Of a stretch of 64,000 bases of DNA, positions 56,263 through 64,000 are shown one piece after another (the first letter of the stretch is position 1; every line of letters begins with the position of its first letter). The stretch is from the human T2T-CHM13v2.0 reference genome, Homo sapiens. The DNA lies in NCBI RefSeq assembly GCF_009914755.1, contig NC_060933.1. One strand, given 5' to 3'. The notes below the pieces were generated by a model. That model was not told the origin of the DNA. It made no database searches and saw only the letters and a program-made list of their open reading frames with translations. Made by a program: the position numbers and the translations under genes.

Positions 56263-56502
56263 CTTATTTACTTAAGGAAAAAAACCAACAGATTATGAAG
56301 CCATGAGTGCCATCAATAGGACAACATTTAATAGGGTCTGAAAAATATTTTTGCGCCCCCGTGCATCCCAAGGAGCTGCACTGTCTGCCTATCAGAGGTA
56401 CACCCTGGGGTTCCTTCACTATGTCCTCATACAATGCCAATGCAAAAGAAAAGAGTCATTCACATCTCAATGCATTCTTTTCTCTAATTTCTTGGCCATC
56501 AC
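56263..56502 (-). pseudogene. Exon remnant (240 nt)
   Basis: ctcttctctttaag| VMAKKLEKRMH*DVNDSFLL ... KYFSDPIKCCPIDGTHGFIICWFF; donor AAG|GTGAGG. Confidence 0.75.
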
Positions 56503-56979
56503 CTTAAAGAGAAGAGCCTCAGGGAATGAGAGGACAGAGGAAAGTGGTCTGGAGAAGAAAGTGGGAAACACAATATTTGAGGACAGAGAGAGTTCTGTGT
56601 AGAAACGCAAGAGGTGGGATTCTGGGGTATAGGATAGGACAGAGTCAGAAGAATCCCGCAAAACCAATGGGTGGGTGCCGCTTTAGGATCAGGGCCAACA
56701 TAAGCCTAATGGAGTGCCTTGGTTTCCTAGGCAACTGGGAATAATAATACTCAGAAGGTGGTTACAGGCACCTGGTTAAGTGCTAGCCTCTCTAATAGTC
56801 ATCTATAATTACCATTTTATTACTCTTAATATTATAACCTACTTGATATGTTCTTAATTCCTCTTATAACTGTCTTCTTTTTCTTTGGGCAGAAATAACA
56901 ATTGTTATCATGTCATCCCCTCCACAATGAAGTAAGGAAGCATAAGTCCTGGATTAAGATTAAATGTGCTCAAATGTAT

Positions 56980-57038
56980 GCAGAAAGCAAAAACACTAGG
57001 AATTCTGAGTAACCGGGCTCTTCACTGCCTGTATCCCC
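56980..57038 (-). pseudogene. Exon remnant with dead acceptor
   Basis: Pyrimidine tract ending tttcctgg (no AG); DTGSEEPGYSEFLVF fits an EF-hand loop and exit helix. Confidence 0.55.
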
Positions 57039-57062
57039 CCAGGAAAACAAAAGCAAAGCTTT

Positions 57063-57196
57063 TACACACAGGATGTTAGTTATTACCCATCTCCACCTGC
57101 TTAATGTTGAAAGGGTGGGGGGAAGAGGTGAGTTTTTCCCCCACCCTTTCAACATTAAGCACTTGGAGATGGATAATAACTAACATCCTGTTTGTA
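57063..57196. repeat. 134-bp inverted repeat (about 62-bp arms)
   Basis: caggatgttagttattacccatctccacctgcttaatgttgaaagggtggggg and its reverse complement, with about 5 differences. Confidence 0.95.
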
Positions 57197-57276
57197 TATC
57201 ACAACCATGAGAATATATTGTTTGTTGTATTCCTTCTAAGAAAGGCAAAAATAAGATTTTATCTAGTCCTACCTAC

Positions 57277-57364
57277 CCCAGGCACCTCAAAGAACTTCAA
57301 AAGCTTTCAAGAAGTGTCAACAGAGAACAGAGTTTATGTCTTATAAGCATAAATGAATTTCCTT
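57277..57364 (-). pseudogene. Exon remnant (88 nt)
   Basis: ctgttcctgttcgtttcag| ... GGG|GTAGGT; LIRHKL then, after a frameshift, HFLKAFEVL. Confidence 0.7.
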
Positions 57365-57619
57365 CTGAAACGAACAGGAACAGTCTTACATGAGAAGGCT
57401 ATTTTCAATATCAATTATATATGGATCTATGGGAGGATGTATATGAATATATACATATATGAAGCTAAGGGAAGCCTGTGAGAATAAGTGGGTCTGTGTT
57501 TACAAATTGAAGGAAAAATAGAGAAATAAAGTCACTTTTGAATGTGTCTTGTTGTCTTGAAGAAATAAAAAGGAAAAGCACAATACAATTCAATCAGGAC
57601 TCTATCAACCCCAAGTCCT

Positions 57620-58510
57620 CCTTACTTTACCTACTAAATGTTTCTCCAATTCATCCAGCTCTCTTTATCTTTCACTGTCAACATCCTACAAAATGGTACA
57701 ATTGATTCTTTCATATTATATTCTAAATGCTTCCTAACTCATGTCTCCACAGTTACTCTGATTTTACTTATAATCAATTTTCCACATGCCTGTTGGAGAG
57801 ATACATTAAAAATTCAAACCCGCTCATGTCATTCCCTTGATTAAAACCTTTTCTGTACACCTCAAATTTCTTAAAGGCCAAGACTCTCCAGAAAGCACAG
57901 CATGACCCAGGCCCTGTCTACCTCATCAGCTTCCCATACACCCTTTGCTGACCACTTGCTGAGCTCCAGCCCCCTGGACCTGGCTTGCTCTATCTCCCAT
58001 TCCCTATTCCCCTTCACCTAAAACTCACCTCCTCAGGGAAACCTTCTTGACATCCCATCCCTGGTCAGGTCTTCCTAAAAGTAGCTTATACTTCTCCATC
58101 CATAGCACATATTACAATTTAGAGTAATTATAAAATTAATTATTGAATATCTATTATTCCCTGATAAAAGACCTATGAGAGCCAAGATGGTATTTTTTTG
58201 TATTCCCATTTCCACAAAACCTAGAGAAGTGCCAGGTACCTAGTAATAGTCACTACTTATTGAGTGCTTACTACATGCCAGGCACTGTTTTAAGAACTTA
58301 CGTGCATTAATTAATATAACCCTCATCAGAGGCCTATAGGTTAGGTGCTACTCTTATCTTCATTTTAGACACAGGGAGGAGAAGAAATTTGCCAAAGATC
58401 TTGTAGCTTTGCACAGTGGAGCTGGAACTCAAATCCAGACAGACTCATTTTATCTCTTAATTACAATTCCACATTACCACATAGTTGGCATTTAGTAAGT
58501 ATTTGTTAAA
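57620..58510 (+). mobile_element. L2 3' region with an inserted MIR (-, ~58240-58470)
   Basis: cacctcctcagggaaaccttctt; tattgagtgcttactacatgccaggcactg. Confidence 0.75.
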
Positions 58511-58626
58511 TCAATGTGTTTGTTTGACAAAAGATATTTTCCAAGTAGCTATGGTCAGACACTATACACGATATGGGAGAGCAAGCAGCAAGGAAATAGA
58601 GAGTCCAACCCTCATGAGGTGTGTAC

Positions 58627-59870
58627 TTTAATTCTTAGTTGTGTTAAATGCCCTTTTATTTTTTCATCGTTGTCGATTCTTATTTTTCCAGCACAGTTCA
58701 ATTGTTAATGCTGTGCAGTATTAACTGTTTCACAGATCTGTCCCAGAAATTTTGTCTTTGGAGAGTTTTGTAATTGAATGCCATATTCGTAATAGTTCTG
58801 AGCTTTTTTGAGCCTTGCACATTAAAAAAAAGAAGGGTGGGGAGGAGACAGGAAATTATAGAGTGCTCATTGACAAAAAGAAGCATAATAGTCCATCGGA
58901 CACTTCTTTTTTTAGTGCCCTAAAATTGATAAGTGATATTGAACAACACTGTGGACGAACTTGTACACCTGTTTGCAGAAGATGCAAAAACAATTTAGTT
59001 TACACTCAGCAGAAGCTCAGAAAATTAAATTCCATTATAATTTTATGATAGCATTTTTATGTCCGGAGTTCTGTCCCAGAGCACTACCCAGAGAAGTGCA
59101 TGGCCACTATAAATAAGAAGACCTTTATTAGTATAGTTTGCAACATTTTTGAAAAGCTGAAAAATTATGAATCCTCTTTACCAAAAACAAGGATCTACGG
59201 GTTAAAACACAAACATACATAGCCACACCTCCAGATTCAATTTTGCATTTAATTGCAGTGAGTTGATAAACCTGAGGCCAATTTATGGACTCAAAGGACC
59301 CCAAATTAAGAATTTCTTATCTAGAAGAATACACGTTTACAACGTTAAAGTTTAATAGGCAAATGAGTCATTAAGTTGACTCAAAAACAGTGGAGTTTTT
59401 TAAATGTAGATTCTGATTTAGTAAGTCTGAGTTGGGGCCTGCGATTTGGCATTTCTGAGAAGCTCTCAGATTATGTCACTGCTGCCAGTCCATAGATCAT
59501 ATATTGAGTAGCAAGGCCTGAGATAATCTCTCAAATGTCAGTGATCTCAGTTCGGCTTTTGATAAGACTGGGGAGTCAAGGATTTGAAATTGAGTTTCCT
59601 GGTCAGTACCTATAATCCAAATTTTTAGAAGCATTCGTTAAGAAGTAATTCATTTGCTGTAGACATTAAGGTTGCTAGAAACACTGAAAACATGACATGA
59701 TTTCTCACTCTGTCCAAATGCCTCAGCACTTGTGCACAGAAGTGGCCTTCAGGAGAATCTGCATACAAGGCTAACATTGTCTACATGAAGAATTTGGATT
59801 TGCTCAAATACTTGAGTACTTGGTAAAGGCACGAGTGTTTTCTGCCATAAGATAGGGTATTCTTTGGCAG
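58627..59870 (-). pseudogene. Three exon remnants (59870-59709; 58968-~58880; 58813-58627)
   Basis: KEYPILWQK; CSISLINFRAL; VKQLILHSINN and DNDEKIKGHLT; each follows a pyrimidine tract plus AG. Confidence 0.55.
59130..59520. mobile_element. Charlie4-like remnant and MER5B-like MITE
   Basis: gattctgatttagtaagtctgagttggggcctg...tattgagtagcaagg. Confidence 0.65.
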
Positions 59871-60468
59871 CTGTAACCAAAGGTTTTGGTATTAATCCAA
59901 AAAAATTAATATATTAAATCATTGATAGACACCAAATCAATAAAGTAAATTGAAAACTAAAATTGCTTTAGTTGTAGGTGGTGGGACGTGGAAAGGGAAA
60001 GCCAGAGATTTCTGGAAACTCCCCAGCTATATTTGTACCTTGAGGGTGCCTCTTGAAAATCTTAAGTAAGCTCATTGGAAACATGTCTTGAAAAACACTG
60101 CAGAATGACCTGAAATGAATGGTTTGGATCTATGTTACTAACAGGTCACCTCAAGAGTGTGAGTATCCATTTCTGAAGGTTTGCCCAATATATTCACTTC
60201 AGGGATTGAAGAGTTAAAGAAATCTGGATTTGAACCATCCTTTTCACACTCAGATCTGCTACTCTAAAAGTCTATGAGTCCATTCTTTTCTAACTTAATT
60301 AGGACCTGGAATTTAAGTGCAGTGTCAAGCATTTTGATATTTGTCCATCCTTCCCTCTCCCAGGGTGAAGAGGCTTTTTTTTTCATGGCCAGAAGTCACT
60401 GGTAATGAGTTAGATAATTATATTCTATTGTTGAGACCTAGACCTGCTCATTCTTTTCCTCACTTTCA

Positions 60469-60470
<2 letters not shown>

Positions 60471-60508
<38 letters not shown>
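60471..60508. repeat. (TG)19 microsatellite
   Basis: Seen directly. Confidence 0.98.
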
Positions 60509-60509
<1 letters not shown>

Positions 60510-60752
60510 CAATATTAACTTCACTTAACTGCTGGAAATTGCAGGGAGCAGACAACTGCAGCTGAAAGAGGTGAAACAAAGAAAAGAAGGAAAAAAAGAG
60601 GAGGGAAAAGCTTTGCTGCAGAGTTTTTTTCTTAAGGGAGGAAGAAAAAGATTTTGTATTTCATAACACAGAGCATTAAAATGATGTAGCCCCACACAAT
60701 GAAAACCTTGTGTTTTATTAAAGTGAAAAGCCTTGCTCAAGGCCTCCATTAC

Positions 60753-60955
60753 TCATTTCCGGATGGAATGGCAAAACTTCAAGTTTGAAAAGACTCAAGT
60801 AGCTACAATCAAACTTTCCCTGGTAGCAGCTGATAACACAGCACTTTCCAGAAATCCATTTTGTAGATTCTGCAGATCAGCTATTTTCAGGACTCTCAGA
60901 GGCTGAACTCTGCACAAAAGGGGTAGCAGCACAGAAAGCCTGGAGATACTTAGTG
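60753..60955 (-). pseudogene. Exon remnant
   Basis: cattcttacag| then TKYLQAFCAATP, later GKFDCSYL; donor TGA|GTAATG. Confidence 0.5.
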
Positions 60956-61119
60956 CTGTAAGAATGTTTTCCACTACTTTAGGGTGGAAACTGATGGGAA
61001 ATTCAATGGGTGGGTAAAAAGGTCACTACCATAATGCGAAGACCAATGTTTCAGTATCTCCATCCCACAACTCAAAAGGACCAAGGCAAAAGTACCCAAA
61101 ACCCTGTTACCCCACTCAC

Positions 61120-61371
61120 CTTCCCCTTCAACCAGAAGGACGGGGTTCAGAGACTCAGGGGTAGACGTCAGGTAGCAAACAGCAAATCTCCTGCCAGTTC
61201 CTCATTTATGCTGGAGAACAGGCACCTGGTCTTCATTAACATTGCTGCGGTAGTTAATGCGTTGCAGGTGTGAAAGTGTGTGGCTGAAATCTGACAAAAC
61301 ACCTGTCTTTTGTGGCACCATTAGATCTGCCTAGTGTGGGACATGACCCCCTCGGGTGTGCTTTCTCCTGC
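61120..61371 (-). pseudogene. Exon remnant (252 nt)
   Basis: ggctttcaag| ... GAAG|GTGAGT; LMVPQKTGVLSDFSHTL...NVNEDQVPVLQHK*GTGRRFAVCYLT. Confidence 0.7.
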
Positions 61372-62029
61372 CTTGAAAGCCACAGTAAGCATTGTCCTGT
61401 AATTACAAAATCAGAGTCATCATTGCTGGGAAGAATTCCTTAACAAATTATACCTAATTAGTCTGAAATTACCTTTAATTCATGGTGAAACCATAGGCTT
61501 AACTGTGTTCTATAACACCTTCCTTTTTATCTTTATGCAAATATGATTATACACTATCAAACTGGCACCACCAGGCATAAAAAACAGCTGCAGCTAGTTC
61601 TTTGGTTACTAAATGGGAACTGGACGCATGCCATTGATTATGTTTTCTGAAATGCTGCATCAAAAAAAATAATAATAATATCAGCCAGTTCCTTCTCTGT
61701 GAATTCTAGTTTTCTTCCCCACCCACAGAATCCTACTTGAAAGCTGTGAGATTGATCTCCCTTGCCCAACCCCCTACCTCCTCACCACATTTTCTGCAGA
61801 GACGTGTGTACATCTTGCTGCCGCCCAATCTTTTAGAATGTCATTAAGTGTCAAAACATACCTCATTTTATTTCTGATCACAGCTTCTTATGATATGGCT
61901 TATTTGGCTCTCATTCTCATCTCAAATCTTCACAAAACTTTTGATTCAATGCAATTTGATTCATGTACTGTGGATTAAAAAGTTACTCATGTAGCGGGCA
62001 TTGATCTACGAGATTTACATATACTCTGT

Positions 62030-62210
62030 TATCTAATCCTGGCTGCAGTCCTATCCACTATGTACTACTATTATTATCCCCTTTTTGCAGATAAGGAAAC
62101 CAAGGCATAGAGATGTTATATATCTTACATGAGGTCAGGAAGCTAGAAGAGACAGAGCCAACATTCTTGCCCAAGCCATCTGTTTCTAGCATGCTCTTAT
62201 CCCTTCTAAT
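62030..62210 (-). mobile_element. MIR
   Basis: ccctttttgcagataaggaaaccaaggcatagag. Confidence 0.7.
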
Positions 62211-62537
62211 AGGCATTCCCAATGATGTCCAAGGTCTTTCTAATTGACACTGATTACTTTCAATTCTCCTATCACACTTCTGAGCACAACATTGTAGGAA
62301 AATTTTTCCAGTTAGTTGGCATATAAAGGTGAAAAGTTTCATTGTCATCAGAGAAAGAAATCATAGCTGACTCCTCCGTTGAATCCATACAATTTGTGTA
62401 GCAATTATATTTCCTCCTCTACTCCAATGAAGGCATTTTTAGAACCAAAGTCATATTTTCTGTTTCTTTAAAAACAAAAACAAGCTGAGTGTATCATAGG
62501 TATTTTAAAATATGCATGTCTTCTAACTGGATCATAC

Positions 62538-62981
62538 TTAGGTAACTTTTGCTCTGATACGAAAAATGTTTGAGATGCTTTCTCAAATTAAACCAGAGTT
62601 TAATTCTTCAGAAAGCAATTAAAAATATTAAATGCTTTTAGATTTTAAGGTCTGTTGCTTCTTTCTGCATCTTCTAGAGAAGTTCCTTGAAAAATTAGCA
62701 TCGGCTTTACAACAGTCATTCCCATCCTACAAAGAATGACAGACCATATTATTCCTAAGTACGATCCAGTCCCAGGTTCTCTGAAGATTGTTCACTTTGA
62801 AAATGAACCCCAGACCACATCTAGGTTACTTTCCAGATAGGATTTTGCAAGTATACAAGAGATTAATTTTCTTGAACAATTTCAGGCTTGGTATGCAAAG
62901 TCAAACATGTAATCAGGTGCAGACGTTGTACCAGACACCTCAGTAGGATGTCTTGAAGTTCCCCTGGAATGTGGTGGTGAA
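62538..62981 (-). pseudogene. Two exon remnants (62981-~62800 and 62726-62538)
   Basis: tttttttaaccag| then PGELQDILLRCLV...LFKKINLLYTCKI; attctttgtag| then FKELL*KMQKEATDL / LKAFNIFN; donor TAA|GTATGA. Confidence 0.65.
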
Positions 62982-63140
62982 CTGGTTAAAAAAATAATTA
63001 TAAGACTAGCGGTAAGGTTTTGGCTGAATACTACTTTTGTCCAGTATCAATCAATTAAAATGAAAGAATTTTTATGGTTGTTCAAACAAATATCCGGGTC
63101 CATCTGTGGCTATTTTATTTATGGCATTGCTGTTTTTCAC

Positions 63141-63394
63141 CAACAACAAGTTGGCTAAAAATCAGGTTTTAAAATCTTAATTAGAATCAAAACATGATCT
63201 TCTCATTTAACGCCTCCGTTCAAGTTCATGTTACTGCTGTGTAGAAAACGGAGTCTGCTTTCTGGAGGCAGATCCTGACTCCTGCACCATGGTAATCTAC
63301 ACAGCCGGCCCACAGCTGAGGGATGAGCTGTATTTCTTTAAGTATTTTTATTAGGCTGATTCCCACAAGTTTAAGAACACTGTAATCGGAGACA
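63141..63394 (-). pseudogene. Exon remnant, EF-hand repeat
   Basis: Acceptor ggccttgcag|, donor TTG|GTGAAA; SVSDYSVLKLVGISL...AGCVDY...EALNEKIM (partly ORF 63226..63438). A further remnant at 63600-~63470 reads QNMKDVKRNILCFE. Confidence 0.65.
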
Positions 63395-63814
63395 CTGCAA
63401 GGCCACATTAAAATAAGAGGAGGAAACTGAACTCTCATTCAACCCGTTTCCATGAAGTTTAGAATTTTCAACTCATTTCAAAGCAGAGGATGTTCCTTTT
63501 CACATCCTTCATGTTTTGTAAACACTGCAAGTGCTACTGGCTTCGTTTTCATTAGTAGGAGCCACCAGCTTATGTTTATTATTTTTAATTATTAGACCTT
63601 CTGCAAAGAGAACACTACTGCTGACAATTTATATTAGTGATGATGCATCCTGATTGGTCAGAGGTGTTATTCCCTCCTTCTTTCCTCACTAGTAATGTTT
63701 GTGATTATTTATAACCTCCACATTTTGGTGTGTCGTGTTTTTCCCCCAAACAATTTTCTGTGACACCAGTTAACAATGCGTAATTACGATAACCAAGGCT
63801 GGGTCTATCTGATG

Positions 63815-64000
63815 CCGAAGCATCCGGTTGGAAGGCGAAATTTAGTCAAACATCTGAATGTTTGAGCTGCATAGGGCCAAACATCTGGATGTTCCCAAAT
63901 ATTTTCTCAAATATTTGGAAACATCCACAGATTTCTCCTTGTGTAGACAAAACATCCAGATGATTAACTGAATGCTTCTCTTTTCATCTGGATATTTGGC
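63815..64000. repeat. Cluster of short palindromes and hairpins built on AAACATC(C/T)GGATGTTT; probably an ancient repeat, cut by the window edge
   Basis: tcaaacatctgaatgtttga; ggatgttcccaaatatt..aaatatttggaaacatcc; aacatccagatga..tcatctggatatt. Confidence 0.7.

Overview
AT-rich primate (human-like) genomic DNA with Alu, L1PA, MIR, L2, MLT and MER elements and no intact protein-coding gene that I can recognise. The long ORFs in the track come from L1, Alu, low-complexity sequence or decayed exons. The main result is that the unique sequence between the repeats carries, on the minus strand and across the whole window (~63.6 kb to ~0.2 kb), about 45 exon-like segments, most bounded by polypyrimidine-AG acceptors and GT donors. 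Translated by hand across stops and frameshifts, they repeatedly give one paired EF-hand unit (L..KI....l.kAF..lD....G.v...EL..iL..f...L..eF..L....D....G.i.Y..FL), which resembles EFCAB6-type repeats as I recall them. I read this as an old unitary pseudogene of a very large multi-EF-hand protein: about 7 kb of exon remnants lie inside the window and the gene appears open at both ends. The family assignment rests on manual translation and recalled motifs, not on a database search. Other items: a 134-bp near-perfect inverted repeat, a tailless U2 snRNA retrocopy with CpG-decayed target-site duplications, a recent 83-bp tandem duplication, nested L1 insertions and a palindromic cluster at the right edge.
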